Of a DNA stretch of 64,000 bases, positions 1 through 9,477 are shown piece after piece. Within the stretch, counting starts at the first letter, position 1. Every line of letters begins with the position of its first letter. Source of the stretch: a virus; the IMG/VR virus record IMGVR_UViG_3300044825_001821, positions 32,001 to 96,000 of that record; one strand, given 5' to 3'. The translations under genes and the position numbers were made by a program. The notes beneath the pieces are model-generated. The model had not been told where the DNA came from. It searched no databases and saw only the letters and a program-made list of their open reading frames with translations.

Positions 1-21
1 TTATGTTATGCGGGAGGTAGC

Positions 22-249
22 ATGAGAGTAGCACATAATTATGGTAAAGTTCGTATTGTGCATGATGGTAGCCCATTTGATGTAGCATACGATATTCGAG
101 TCGAATGGCTCAAAAATGATGAGTGGGTGACGTATCGTGGTTTCAATAGTCTGAGCGACGATTATGCAAATACCAATGCATCCGAGGCAGCCGGTCGTGC
201 AATAGCAATTCTTGCTGCTGAGGCTGCCGCTAACTTGCCAGGAGTGTAA
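22..249 (+). CDS. hypothetical phage protein
   Basis: GGAGG SD upstream, 75 aa ORF in early operon. Confidence 0.7.
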   Translation: MRVAHNYGKVRIVHDGSPFDVAYDIRVEWLKNDEWVTYRGFNSLSDDYANTNASEAAGRAIAILAAEAAANLPGV

Positions 250-250
250 A

Positions 251-409
251 ATGGACAAAGTATTCATTGTAGTCGAACCTGTACCCTATGAGGGCGACAC
301 CGTTCTCCGTGTATTCACCAAATACGATGATGCAATAGCATATGGGCATGAATTGTATGCCGAAGGTGCTATTGAGGAATTCGATGTATATGAGCGTGAA
401 TTGTACTAA
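251..409 (+). CDS. small hypothetical protein (MDKVFIVVEP...)
   Basis: GGAG SD at 241, ATG at 251. Confidence 0.7.
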   Translation: MDKVFIVVEPVPYEGDTVLRVFTKYDDAIAYGHELYAEGAIEEFDVYERELY

Positions 410-471
410 AAAACAGTAAAAAATCCATAAAAACGCAAAAAATAAGCACAAAATCAATATGGAGATGAATC

Positions 472-642
472 ATGAGTGATGGAGTTACCATTGTATTTTT
501 CGTACTTTTTACATTTATTGGTGCCCTTTTTGGACACAATATTGGTGCAAGTACAGCAAACAAGGCCATAGCCGAATGTGAAAAAACCCTGCCACGTAAC
601 GTACAATGTACAATCATTGCTGTACCGGTAGACAAGAACTAA
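472..642 (+). CDS. small membrane protein (MSDGVTIVFFVLFTFIGALFG...)
   Basis: Read manually; GGAG SD, N-terminal hydrophobic stretch, 56 aa. Confidence 0.65.
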   Translation: MSDGVTIVFFVLFTFIGALFGHNIGASTANKAIAECEKTLPRNVQCTIIAVPVDKN

Positions 643-643
643 T

Positions 644-967
644 ATGAACTACCACGCCCACGTATACTGGAAAAACAATGCTGAACGGGAGATAGCCATA
701 TCCATGCGTCCATCGTTCCTATCAATGGGTGCGAGCCTGGGTGCAATCCATGACCGTCCCATAGGTCCGCATCCACTGCCCATGTATCAGATAATGTATG
801 ACACTCCAATCCAGACTGAAGTTGAAACACTGCTGAGAATTCAGCCGATGTCAATTCTACTTCATGAGGACATAGGCATTGATCATGTAAAAGACCACAC
901 TGACGGTGCCAGATGGATCAATACACCACTAGAATTAGACTTACAATTTCTGGAGAATTTTGAATGA
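644..967 (+). CDS. DOPA 4,5-dioxygenase family protein
   Basis: YHAHVY N-terminus, PIGPHP motif, C-terminal DHT..A.W motif. Confidence 0.75.
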   Translation: MNYHAHVYWKNNAEREIAISMRPSFLSMGASLGAIHDRPIGPHPLPMYQIMYDTPIQTEVETLLRIQPMSILLHEDIGIDHVKDHTDGARWINTPLELDLQFLENFE

Positions 968-1194
968 GCCTTCTACCCTGTCCACAGTGTAATTCCGAGG
1001 CTGAGATATTCTCCACGGGTACACTAGAATGCTACGGCTGGGCATGGCAGACTTATGGAGTAAGATGTAAAGATACCAATGGCAAACACTGTGGTATGGA
1101 AATAAGCATGAATGCCGACTTTTTCTATGTAGAACTACATGATGGACATTGGGAAGAGATATGGAATAATCTACCAGTAAGGGCAAAGATATGA
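964..1194 (+). CDS. Lar-like (restriction alleviation) zinc-binding protein
   Basis: LLPCPQC N-terminus and a second Cys pair. Confidence 0.45.
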   Translation: MSLLPCPQCNSEAEIFSTGTLECYGWAWQTYGVRCKDTNGKHCGMEISMNADFFYVELHDGHWEEIWNNLPVRAKI

Positions 1195-1403
1195 ATGAGC
1201 GAATTCGAGAACTGTATTATCAATGTCAAGATGAAAGTCTAAGTACAGAGGAGTGCTATCATAACTTTGCCGAGTTGATTGTCCGAGAATGTGTAAAAGT
1301 GATGTATGATAATGCTATAGAACGAAAAGTTCCACCCGATATCAACCAAACACCTACACATTATGCTATTGCTGTATTAGAACATTTCGGAGTTGACCAA
1401 TGA
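1191..1403 (+). CDS. hypothetical protein, MNERIxEL family
   Basis: MNERIREL...FAELIVREC; paralogous to next ORF. Confidence 0.7.
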   Translation: MNERIRELYYQCQDESLSTEECYHNFAELIVRECVKVMYDNAIERKVPPDINQTPTHYAIAVLEHFGVDQ

Positions 1404-1672
1404 ACGAGCGAATAAAAGAACTAGCCACGCAAATCGGCATTGATGTAAACTACCTCACTAACACCAAACAAATCGTGCTAATCGAAAAGTTTGCCGAATC
1501 AATAATTCTAGAGTGTGTAGCCTGCTGTGGCTCACAAGCCGACAAGAAAAACATACGCTATCGATTCGGTCTACCCATAGAATCGGATGTACAATACGAA
1601 GCACCACCAGTGTATAATTCAATCACTAGTCAATACACAAGAAAATACAATCTACCTGGCAGCGACAATTGA
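1400..1672 (+). CDS. hypothetical protein, MNERIxEL family
   Basis: MNERIKEL...FAESIILEC; ATGA overlap with previous ORF. Confidence 0.7.
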   Translation: MNERIKELATQIGIDVNYLTNTKQIVLIEKFAESIILECVACCGSQADKKNIRYRFGLPIESDVQYEAPPVYNSITSQYTRKYNLPGSDN

Positions 1673-1722
1673 GCGACAGATTGAGCGACAGAGAGCGACA
1701 GAGAGAGCGACAGAGAGCGACA
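1661..1722. repeat. six tandem AGCGACA repeats at 10-12 bp spacing
   Basis: AGCGACA at 1661, 1672, 1684, 1694, 1706, 1716. Confidence 0.9.
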
Positions 1723-1728
1723 AATAAT

Positions 1729-1977
1729 ATGAAACCAATAGCCGAAATTCTCACAATCTTACAGGAAGAGTGTGCCGAAGTAATTCAGATTGCCTCAAAA
1801 ATACACCGCTTTGGTCATCATCCCGACAATATGAAAAGACTAGCAGAAGAACTGGGCGACCTACAGTGTATGATAGAATTATGCATAGAACACCAACTGG
1901 TCGATGAAACAAAACTGCAAATATACAGTAAAGACAAAAGAGAAAAACTGAGAACGTGGAGCACAATACCACTGTAA
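1729..1977 (+). CDS. MazG-like NTP pyrophosphohydrolase
   Basis: LQEECAEVIQ...LAEELGDL motifs; start moved to ATG 1729. Confidence 0.75.
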   Translation: MKPIAEILTILQEECAEVIQIASKIHRFGHHPDNMKRLAEELGDLQCMIELCIEHQLVDETKLQIYSKDKREKLRTWSTIPL

Positions 1978-1978
1978 T

Positions 1979-2148
1979 GTGTGGGGAAGTGTGGGGGAAA
2001 GTGGGGAACGGTGTAGTTTCACATTGTGAAAAATGCGAAAATCCACTGTAACGGCGCTGGTGCAAAATACCACAACGCCGGGCTGCACTGCCCCGCCCCC
2101 AGGCTGCTGCACCGCTGCCCAGGCTGTTGCGCTGACCCAACGCTGCAA
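1979..2148. repeat. non-coding GTGGGGA x3 and GCTGC/CCCAGGCTG repeats
   Basis: gtggggaagtgtgggggaaagtggggaa, then GC-rich cccaggctg x2 and multiple gctgc. Confidence 0.75.
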
Positions 2149-2155
2149 ATAATGC

Positions 2156-2184
2156 TTGACAAGTTAACCGATATCACCTATACT
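2156..2184 (+). promoter_or_regulatory. sigma70-type early promoter
   Basis: TTGACA-17-TATACT. Confidence 0.85.
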
Positions 2185-2563
2185 GGCACTGTACTGAGAT
2201 GATATTGGAGATTGAGATGATTGCGATTTTGATACTGTTTGCTGCTTTGATAACGTGGGGCGCCCTGGCTGCTGCTCCTGGTGCTGTTATTACTTTGGGC
2301 TAAGCAAATGGAACTAATTGATTGGATTTTCGTTATAGCAACACCAATTGCCTGTGTGTATATTCTGTGGGACGCTATTGTTGACAGGAGTAGAAAATGA
2401 TACCAAAATCAACTTATTACAGTATTGTCTGTAAAGCAACTGGCCTGGTGACGGAAAAAGGTAGCAAAAAAGCAATGTTGAAAGTCATGAAAGCAAAACC
2501 AGGTGTTTACTTTTTAGCACTGACCGGCCGCCCAATTGGTAGCATTTTTGCCGAATAAAACAC

Positions 2564-2592
2564 TTGACAAGTTTTTGGCTTGTCCCTATAAT
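2564..2592 (+). promoter_or_regulatory. sigma70-type early promoter
   Basis: TTGACA-17-TATAAT, perfect consensus. Confidence 0.9.
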
Positions 2593-2622
2593 GGTTCTGT
2601 GCTGAATGATGTGGAGGAAAAG

Positions 2623-2787
2623 ATGTATACCTGTGATGGCAGAAAATTCAAGCGTCTGAAAACCGCTGTGGCCTATGCTGCAAAAGCTTTTGCAAAGACC
2701 GGCGTAGTGTTGGGCATTGAGCCTGTGGTGGTGTTGAACAAGAACCCTGGTTATGTTGCTTATCTTGCGAAAGGTATGAAATTATGA
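2623..2787 (+). CDS. small basic hypothetical protein
   Basis: GGAGG SD, ATG 2623. Confidence 0.65.
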   Translation: MYTCDGRKFKRLKTAVAYAAKAFAKTGVVLGIEPVVVLNKNPGYVAYLAKGMKL

Positions 2788-2926
2788 TAGTCCGCCGTGA
2801 AACTCTGAATGAAATTGCTACTCTGAAGTACCTTGGCTACCCTGTGTGGCGTATATCGCAATTGCTGCGTATTGCTTCCGCTGACATTGACGCCGCAATT
2901 AAAACCTGGAAACTGTAAGGAAAAAT

Positions 2927-3124
2927 ATGTCTGATGCGAAATTTACTAAACATGAGTCCGCCTTTGAAGTAACGAAGGCTGTACTGTGGGGCACAGTGCC
3001 GATCACAGTGATCCCTGCACGTAAGCGTAAAGTAAAGTCTGTTGCACGTGTGAAGTCCAGCAAGGGCTTTGTCAAGGGTACTAGTGGTATCGCAACTGGC
3101 TATCCCCGAAAGACCTTTGTATGA
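2927..3124 (+). CDS. small basic hypothetical protein
   Basis: AAGGA SD, 65 aa. Confidence 0.65.
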   Translation: MSDAKFTKHESAFEVTKAVLWGTVPITVIPARKRKVKSVARVKSSKGFVKGTSGIATGYPRKTFV

Positions 3125-3318
3125 CCAAAGCACGATTCGACCAGGCAGAGGTGCAGTCTGCCATTGCTGCCTTTGTGTCCAATACTGCGCCCCGCACTGC
3201 ACCTGCACTAGGAAAAAATAGTGAGGTGACAGTGTACGGTGTAAATACAAATAAGTACAAGCCCATTCTACCTAAACTGGAGGACGACGATGGCAAAGTT
3301 CAAGGACTTATTGATTAG
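3121..3318 (+). CDS. hypothetical protein
   Basis: ATGA overlap with previous ORF. Confidence 0.55.
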   Translation: MTKARFDQAEVQSAIAAFVSNTAPRTAPALGKNSEVTVYGVNTNKYKPILPKLEDDDGKVQGLID

Positions 3319-3590
3319 CATCCTAGAACTAGATGAACGGGGAGTTAGTGTTGCTGATATTGCAACGAGACTGCAAGTGGGGCGCTCTGTTGTCGAATAT
3401 GCACTAGCCATGTACGGCACTGTGGCAAACAACTAAGGCAGTGTTATTTAAAAGCTATTAGGGGGGTTACAAGGGTTTCTATAGCAAAAAGAGTCTCATC
3501 AAAGGAACATGCTATTCCGAAGCAACCTTATCGCAAACGAAATCCGCTGCCCTATACTGAGTCATGCTAAAATTTTTTTTGGAGTGTGAA

Positions 3591-3806
3591 ATGAGCAAAA
3601 AAGCCAAGCCTAAGTATGCACTGCAATTCACTGAGAAGCAATTGAGTCATCTGCACAATTCGCTGCGTGTCTATGAGCAACTTTCTCTCATGATAAATGA
3701 TGGTGATGATGAAGATCCGGAGACAAGTATTCGACGGCTGAACAAGTGGGATGACCTGGGTAAGATGATTAAGTCTGTTGAAAAAGTCCTCGATTCAATT
3801 GATTAA
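3591..3806 (+). CDS. hypothetical protein
   Basis: GGAG SD, ATG 3591. Confidence 0.65.
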   Translation: MSKKAKPKYALQFTEKQLSHLHNSLRVYEQLSLMINDGDDEDPETSIRRLNKWDDLGKMIKSVEKVLDSID

Positions 3807-3816
3807 GGAGTGAGTC

Positions 3817-3981
3817 ATGTATCGTACACGTGAAGCAACCGAGCGTATTCTGGAACTCGTTGAAGAGGGTCTGCTGGACAAGGACACCGTGATTATGGCT
3901 TGTCTGAAGTATATGTCCGAAGATGATGTGGCAGATATGGCACGTATCAATGAATTTTTTTTATATGAGGATGAAGAGTGA
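3817..3981 (+). CDS. small acidic hypothetical protein (MYRTREATERILELVEEG...)
   Basis: Read manually; AAGGAG SD, 54 aa. Confidence 0.7.
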   Translation: MYRTREATERILELVEEGLLDKDTVIMACLKYMSEDDVADMARINEFFLYEDEE

Positions 3982-4116
3982 TCACCACCTTTCTGATGGT
4001 GATCGGTGCATACATTGTTATCAATCTGACAATTGTGCTTTGGTTGCGTAGTCAAGGTGCCAATGCTGGCTGGTCGGAAGCACTGTTGCGACAATGCAAC
4101 AAAGAGCATGTAAAGA

Positions 4117-4332
4117 ATGAATCCGCTTGACTTCATTGAAAAACTGTACTATATTGGTCATGTTGTCAATGGGTTTATAGGAGATATCTTTGTGACAATT
4201 CTTGCAATAGTTTTCATTACAGCAATACTTTTGCTTTTCTTTAGAATTGTCTGGAGTATTATCAAGTTTATATGCAAGCCTTTGATTCTTGTCATTCTTG
4301 CAATTGCTGCGGTCTTTACTTTTGGTGCTTGA
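4117..4332 (+). CDS. membrane protein
   Basis: two hydrophobic segments. Confidence 0.6.
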   Translation: MNPLDFIEKLYYIGHVVNGFIGDIFVTILAIVFITAILLLFFRIVWSIIKFICKPLILVILAIAAVFTFGA

Positions 4333-4357
4333 CAAGTAAACCTATATCGTGCATAAT
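4329..4357 (+). promoter_or_regulatory. sigma70-type early promoter
   Basis: TTGACA(AGTAAA)-17-CATAAT. Confidence 0.8.
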
Positions 4358-4389
4358 GGTCACATGTTGAACGAACGTGGAGTTGCAAA

Positions 4390-5076
4390 ATGATTACATA
4401 TGAGCGTACCACTGGCTATGACAAAGAAGGTAATGCAAATAAAGTAACGTACACCGAGGGTGTCGGTACAACTTTGTATATTACTAACGAATCCGAGCAA
4501 GTGATGTCCGATATCTGGGAATGGGTCACCAAAGCATATTACTGGGATCGTGCCTCGAAAACGCTGAAGGCCGCATGGGTCGACGGCGGTGTGGTCGTAG
4601 TCGATGCAAATTTTGCTGCACTCGAATCCGAGATGTATGATGCATTCTTTGCAAAAGAGTATGCTGCCGGTCTATCTGCTGCCGAGAATGATTCGCTGAT
4701 GCCTGATGTACGTGGGCGTGAAGTGAAGGTCATCGGCGGGCGTGATAAGTCACTGAAAGGTAAGATCGGTAAGGTCGTTGTGGTGATGGAAAAAATGTAC
4801 GGTATGGGCTATCGTGGAGTGTTGCGAAATAAATTGGGTATCGCACTCGATGATGAAAAAGTGTCGGTCGAACGTAACGGTCGTGTTTATGAAAATTACA
4901 AAAACATGATCTGGGTCTGGGCACATAACTGTGAAGTCGTGGCACCCGCTATATCTGAGACTGAGTTAGCAAATGTGAAACGTGTGGCCGAGAGTCGTGC
5001 AAAGTATCGTCTTGAAAATGTTCGTGCCTCTTGTGAACGAACAATCAAAACCTTAAACTATAAGGAGGCAGCGTGA
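4390..5076 (+). CDS. hypothetical protein, possible KOW/SH3-like segment
   Basis: GGAG SD; VKVIGGRDK..KGKIGKVV motif. Confidence 0.75.
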   Translation: MITYERTTGYDKEGNANKVTYTEGVGTTLYITNESEQVMSDIWEWVTKAYYWDRASKTLKAAWVDGGVVVVDANFAALESEMYDAFFAKEYAAGLSAAENDSLMPDVRGREVKVIGGRDKSLKGKIGKVVVVMEKMYGMGYRGVLRNKLGIALDDEKVSVERNGRVYENYKNMIWVWAHNCEVVAPAISETELANVKRVAESRAKYRLENVRASCERTIKTLNYKEAA

Positions 5077-5267
5077 GCATGGAATTTTTAAAACGTGCAG
5101 AGGATTATACCTCAAAACGTGGTGATTACGACATATTTGTTGCAATGTTCAAAAAATTTCGGCAGCGGTGCAGTGTTTCCGATTCTATATTCTGTGCATT
5201 GTCGTGGCTTTATGATGAAGATACTGCAAATTTGCTGCAATACAAATACTGTGAGGTGATATTATGA
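5073..5267 (+). CDS. hypothetical protein
   Basis: AAGGAGG SD. Confidence 0.65.
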   Translation: MSMEFLKRAEDYTSKRGDYDIFVAMFKKFRQRCSVSDSIFCALSWLYDEDTANLLQYKYCEVIL

Positions 5268-5653
5268 TGACCGAATTAACTCGAAAAGAACAAATACAAT
5301 TACTTTCCGATCAATGGGTAGCAAGTCAAAAAGCAAAAATGGCTGACTTGGCAGTCGCACTGATTGGTTACAAAGATGCCATTCTGGCGGACTATGCCAA
5401 GTTTCGCAAAGATATGGATCACACTTGGGATGAAGATAAGTTCGGTGTCGAATTTGATGTTGGTTCAAAGTATGTAAAAGTGATTACCATTTCTGGTGGT
5501 GGCAGTCGCTCGGTGCATTCGTTTGTCGAAAAATCCAATGGCGATATTTGGAAGGCGGCATCGTGGAAAGCACCCGCAAAAAACTTTACACGTGGCAATG
5601 TGTATCAAACGCCCTCATATCAAAAGAATTTGCGCTGGACAGGCATTTGCTAA
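5264..5653 (+). CDS. conserved phage hypothetical protein
   Basis: KYVKVI...SVHSFV...GDIWKAASWKAPAK..RGNV motif common in large phages. Confidence 0.75.
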   Translation: MMTELTRKEQIQLLSDQWVASQKAKMADLAVALIGYKDAILADYAKFRKDMDHTWDEDKFGVEFDVGSKYVKVITISGGGSRSVHSFVEKSNGDIWKAASWKAPAKNFTRGNVYQTPSYQKNLRWTGIC

Positions 5654-5747
5654 TTTTCCGGCAACTGTTTGCATGATTTCTTTCTTTCCTTGTATCGGGA
5701 CTTTATTTGCTGTATAATTGTATTATGTTTCTTTTTGAGGAGTGTAA

Positions 5748-6143
5748 ATGAGTCCCGAACTCGACCAAAAACTTTGTGAAGAGTTTCCGCTGATCATGGC
5801 AGAACGCCGACTTGGTGCCATGCAGACTGCCATGTGTTGGGGTTTTGAGCATGGTGATGGCTGGTATCATTTGCTGTATTCTGCCATGCGCCTTGTGCAA
5901 TCACATATTGATATGATGGAACGGCGTGGTCTTGAAATACCGCAAGTGGTATTTGAACAGGTCAAAGAAAAGTTTGGCTTGCTGACAATCTATCATCGTG
6001 GCGGTGATGCATACACCGATGGTGTATTACGCATGGCAGAAGAGATGAGCCGCCATGTTTGTGAAGAGTGTGGTGATGTAGGCTATTCAAATGATAAAGG
6101 CTGGATTCGTACACTCTGTGAAAAGCATCATGCTACGCTATGA
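5748..6143 (+). CDS. conserved phage hypothetical protein (QVKEKFG, CEECG)
   Basis: GAGGAG SD, Zn-binding C-terminus. Confidence 0.75.
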   Translation: MSPELDQKLCEEFPLIMAERRLGAMQTAMCWGFEHGDGWYHLLYSAMRLVQSHIDMMERRGLEIPQVVFEQVKEKFGLLTIYHRGGDAYTDGVLRMAEEMSRHVCEECGDVGYSNDKGWIRTLCEKHHATL

Positions 6144-6463
6144 TATTCCTTAATTTTATTTTGATCGTAATCTTTTGGCACATGGCCGATCAAGCGTATG
6201 ATGATGATCGCTCTGGTTGGGCATTTACATATTTGTTTATTTCTGCAATGAACGGTGCTGCCGTTCTTTCTGCATTTTTTTAGGAGTGTGAAATGGATTT
6301 AAAAGAAACTTTGGTATTGGTGTGTGGTATTCTTTTATTTTTTGGTATGTTGCTTTTTACAAGCGTATATGAAGCAACAATGAAAGAAGAATGCCGGCTT
6401 GCTGCTATTGAACAAAACTACGCTGCCGTAGAAATTCTTGCCGTATGTAAATAAGGAAAAATA

Positions 6464-7153
6464 ATGTCAGAACTTAGAGATATATTTTATAACAAGATCA
6501 CACTGAATGCCGATAAGTGGGATCCATACTTTGATGTATATGAGGCACACTTTGCAAAATATGTGGGCAAGTCTCCGCATGTTGTCGAAGTTGGCGTCTG
6601 GAAAGGCGGCAGCATACAAATGTGGGAACACTACTTTGGTGAAGGCTCACGCATTCATGGTATTGATATCAATCCAAATATCAAAACCTTTTTACCTCAT
6701 ATGCGTGAAAATACAAAGTTGACCGTTGGTGATCAAGAGTCACGTGAGTTCTGGCAAAAGTTTTTATCAGAAGTGACGGATATCGATATCTTCATTGAAG
6801 ATGGCGGTCATTCAATGCGACAACAAATTGTTACCTTTGAAGAAGTATTTCCTAAGTTAAAGGTCGGTGGTGTATATCTTTGTGAAGATACACATACCTC
6901 GTATGAAGAAGTGGGTGGTGATCAAGGCTATGGTAATCCTCTGTCATTCATGGAGTATGCAAAGAGCATGGCTGACTTTGTAAACAATGGTCACATTCGT
7001 TCTGGTCTAGGTCGTTCACAAATGATGAAGTTTGATGAATTGTGTAAAGACTTGACCTCGATACATTTCTATGACAGCCAGGTTGTGTTTATTAAAAACG
7101 GTAAACCTGATTTTAAACGTGTGTTCTCAAAAGGAGAAAAAGATCATGCCTAA
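6464..7153 (+). CDS. class I SAM-dependent methyltransferase
   Basis: VEVGVWKGGS, GIDIN, GDQ, DIFIEDGGH, GGVYLCED motifs. Confidence 0.85.
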   Translation: MSELRDIFYNKITLNADKWDPYFDVYEAHFAKYVGKSPHVVEVGVWKGGSIQMWEHYFGEGSRIHGIDINPNIKTFLPHMRENTKLTVGDQESREFWQKFLSEVTDIDIFIEDGGHSMRQQIVTFEEVFPKLKVGGVYLCEDTHTSYEEVGGDQGYGNPLSFMEYAKSMADFVNNGHIRSGLGRSQMMKFDELCKDLTSIHFYDSQVVFIKNGKPDFKRVFSKGEKDHA

Positions 7154-7670
7154 TTGGTGCGACAATCAACTAACACTTGGTAATTCCGATAAGTCAAAAC
7201 TTGATGCTGTTGAAGCGGTTCTGGCCGATAAAGAAAACCAAGAACTATTCAAACACCTGCGACCATTTGATGGTGACTGGGATTATGGTTGGTGTGTAGA
7301 AAATTGGGGTACCAAGTGGGAATCACGTATCGTTGATTGGGAACGATTAGATGATAATGAATTGATTGTATATTTTGAAACTGCGTGGGGACCACCCATT
7401 GCATTATATGAATATCTGTATGAATTAGATGAAGGCTGGAATGTAGAAGCGTATTACCATGAGCCTGGTATGTGTTTCGCTGGCATGTTCTATGAAGGTG
7501 ATGATTCATATTATGAATACTCTGAATTGTCTGCCGATGAGATTGAAGAGTATTTGCCAGAAGTATTAAATGAGATGTATGGTATTGCCGATTACAAACG
7601 TGATTGGGATGAAGAAAACGAAGAAGAGGAAGAAGAACTTGAATGGCCTGAGCCAAAAGGAAAAGAATGA
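7146..7670 (+). CDS. YubB/Api92-like ferredoxin-fold protein
   Basis: MPNWCDN, W..ENWGTKW, FETAWGPP, YYHEPGM.FAG. Confidence 0.7.
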   Translation: MPNWCDNQLTLGNSDKSKLDAVEAVLADKENQELFKHLRPFDGDWDYGWCVENWGTKWESRIVDWERLDDNELIVYFETAWGPPIALYEYLYELDEGWNVEAYYHEPGMCFAGMFYEGDDSYYEYSELSADEIEEYLPEVLNEMYGIADYKRDWDEENEEEEEELEWPEPKGKE

Positions 7671-8050
7671 GTAATTATGGTGTTCACTCAAATAGTTTTC
7701 AAGGTGACTACAAACGTGTTTTGACAGTTTGTTCTGCAAACATGTTGCGGTCGCCTACGATGGCGCACGTACTTTCTGCTGAACCATATAACTTCAATAC
7801 ACGGTCTGCTGGCACCGCTGGCTACGCACTGATTCCTGTAACCGAAGATTTGTTATTGTGGGCTGATGAGGTTGTATGTGCTGATACTGAACATGCAATG
7901 TGGGTACGCAACAAGATGATGGAGTGGATGCTTGACAAGCCTATCATCGATTTGAAGATACCTGATATCTACGAATATCGTAATCCAAAATTGATTGAAC
8001 TAATTAAGGAGCGTTATGAACAACGAACTGCTGGATCAACTGGCACTTAA
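7667..8050 (+). CDS. low-molecular-weight protein tyrosine phosphatase-like protein
   Basis: VCSANMLRSP CX5R loop, RSAG, WAD, IPD motifs. Confidence 0.8.
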   Translation: MSNYGVHSNSFQGDYKRVLTVCSANMLRSPTMAHVLSAEPYNFNTRSAGTAGYALIPVTEDLLLWADEVVCADTEHAMWVRNKMMEWMLDKPIIDLKIPDIYEYRNPKLIELIKERYEQRTAGSTGT

Positions 8051-8252
8051 AACCGGAGGCAGCCACTTCCCGGCTGTCTTTGGACATTATCAAAGAGACT
8101 ACATTCTTCATGTGTTGTCAGAAATACATGATGTGTTTCAAAAACAACAATTTGATGGATATGCAATCGATTTCTGGGACGATATCATAAAACATTTCAA
8201 ACTTGATGATTACGAAATTGACAAGATATTAAAAGACCCAAATAATACTTGA
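8016..8252 (+). CDS. hypothetical protein
   Basis: AAGGAG SD. Confidence 0.6.
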   Translation: MNNELLDQLALKTGGSHFPAVFGHYQRDYILHVLSEIHDVFQKQQFDGYAIDFWDDIIKHFKLDDYEIDKILKDPNNT

Positions 8253-8277
8253 CAAGTAAACCGATACTCTGTAGAAT
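8249..8277 (+). promoter_or_regulatory. sigma70-type early promoter
   Basis: TTGACA(AGTAAA)-17-TAGAAT. Confidence 0.85.
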
Positions 8278-8309
8278 GGCAGTGTTGATTGATTTTATGG
8301 AGGTTTGTT

Positions 8310-8510
8310 ATGGCTATAGTTGATGGACAAATTGTGAAAGTTGGTGATGCTGTTGGTTTCAAGTGTGATATTGAGCAGTGGGGCTATATCACTAAAATCA
8401 ATGGTGATATGTTGACACTAAAGGCACCGTATAATTCGGGTTTTGAAGGTGATTATATTGGTGGTAATGAGTATCATGTGGTCGATGCTTATTCCTGCTG
8501 GATTGACTAA
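8310..8510 (+). CDS. hypothetical protein
   Basis: GGAGG SD, ATG 8310. Confidence 0.7.
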   Translation: MAIVDGQIVKVGDAVGFKCDIEQWGYITKINGDMLTLKAPYNSGFEGDYIGGNEYHVVDAYSCWID

Positions 8511-8522
8511 AGGAGATTTGTT

Positions 8523-8912
8523 ATGGCTTATGTATCTCAAGAACTGAAGTCTAAATTGGCGCCTACTATCAAAGCAATTTGCAAAAAGTATGGTGTAAAA
8601 GCCAGCCTTGCTGTACGCAATCATTCCACACTGGTGCTAAATGTAAAGTCTGGTAAAGTAGACTTTATCGGCGATTATGGTAGCACTCCTGAAACACGTG
8701 CTGATGCTGAAAAGTTCGGTATTCAAGTGAATCCTTATCACTACAAAAGCCACTTCAATGGTGATGCATATTTCTTTTTGTCGGAAGTGATTCCTGCAAT
8801 GAATGCTGGTAATTGGGATGAATCTGATGCACAAGTTGATTATTTCAATGTCGGCTGGTATATCGATGTAAATATTGGTAAGTGGAATAAACCCTACACT
8901 CTGGAGGCTTAA
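8523..8912 (+). CDS. conserved phage hypothetical protein (MAYVSQE...DYFNVGWY..IGKW)
   Basis: AAGGAG SD; motif frequent in large phages. Confidence 0.8.
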   Translation: MAYVSQELKSKLAPTIKAICKKYGVKASLAVRNHSTLVLNVKSGKVDFIGDYGSTPETRADAEKFGIQVNPYHYKSHFNGDAYFFLSEVIPAMNAGNWDESDAQVDYFNVGWYIDVNIGKWNKPYTLEA

Positions 8913-8913
8913 T

Positions 8914-9084
8914 ATGGATCAGATAGATAAAATTATGGCGTATGAATCTGGTGAACTAGATTTTGATGAAACTGTGGAATTTTTTCAAAAGTTGATTGAT
9001 TCGGGTCTTGTGTGGCAACTGCAAGGTTCGTATGGTCGTATGGCAAACTCATTAATTGAGAATGGTTATTGTAATGTACACTGA
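8914..9084 (+). CDS. hypothetical protein (LIDSG.VWQLQGSYGR)
   Basis: GGAGG SD, ATG 8914. Confidence 0.7.
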   Translation: MDQIDKIMAYESGELDFDETVEFFQKLIDSGLVWQLQGSYGRMANSLIENGYCNVH

Positions 9085-9460
9085 AGATAAAATTGTTGCA
9101 AATCGAATTCGTACCCCCGATGGTACGATTCTTGAATCTATGCACCGCCACGATTATGTAACCTATGTCGATAAGAATGGCAAAGAATACATGGTCGATG
9201 GCGGCCTTGATTACCTGCGCCGCAATGTACATGATGATGCACCGTATGAAGAACTCTCGGTGTATGCTGATGATCTTCATGTTGAAATTCGTGAGGTATT
9301 CAAGTGGGGTACACGTGGTAAAGATGGTAAGCAACCACTGAAATTTGTACCACTAAAAGACTTGACAACTGAACACATTGAGGCTATACTGGATACTCAA
9401 ACACATATTTCCGATCACATTCGAAAAATATTTTTGAATGAATTGGCAATTCGTGGATAA
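9074..9460 (+). CDS. conserved phage hypothetical protein (TPDGT.L.S.HRHDY, VDGG..YLRR)
   Basis: ORF with recognisable phage motifs. Confidence 0.75.
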   Translation: MYTEDKIVANRIRTPDGTILESMHRHDYVTYVDKNGKEYMVDGGLDYLRRNVHDDAPYEELSVYADDLHVEIREVFKWGTRGKDGKQPLKFVPLKDLTTEHIEAILDTQTHISDHIRKIFLNELAIRG

Positions 9461-9477
9461 GTTGGATATATACTGAT

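Noticed and set aside
1661-1722. Possible CRISPR array
   Set aside because: Repeats are 7 bp with 3-5 bp gaps; no spacers and no cas genes in the window.
1669-1728. N-terminal SDRLSDRERQRERQR extension of the MazG-like ORF
   Set aside because: It is a translation of the DNA repeat; the ATG at 1729 gives a normal-length protein.
1979-2011. G-quadruplex
   Set aside because: Only three long G-runs plus a GG; too weak to claim separately from the repeat/origin finding.
3437-3560. Possible ncRNA in an intergenic gap (ggcag...ctgcc)
   Set aside because: Only a short closing stem is evident; insufficient support.
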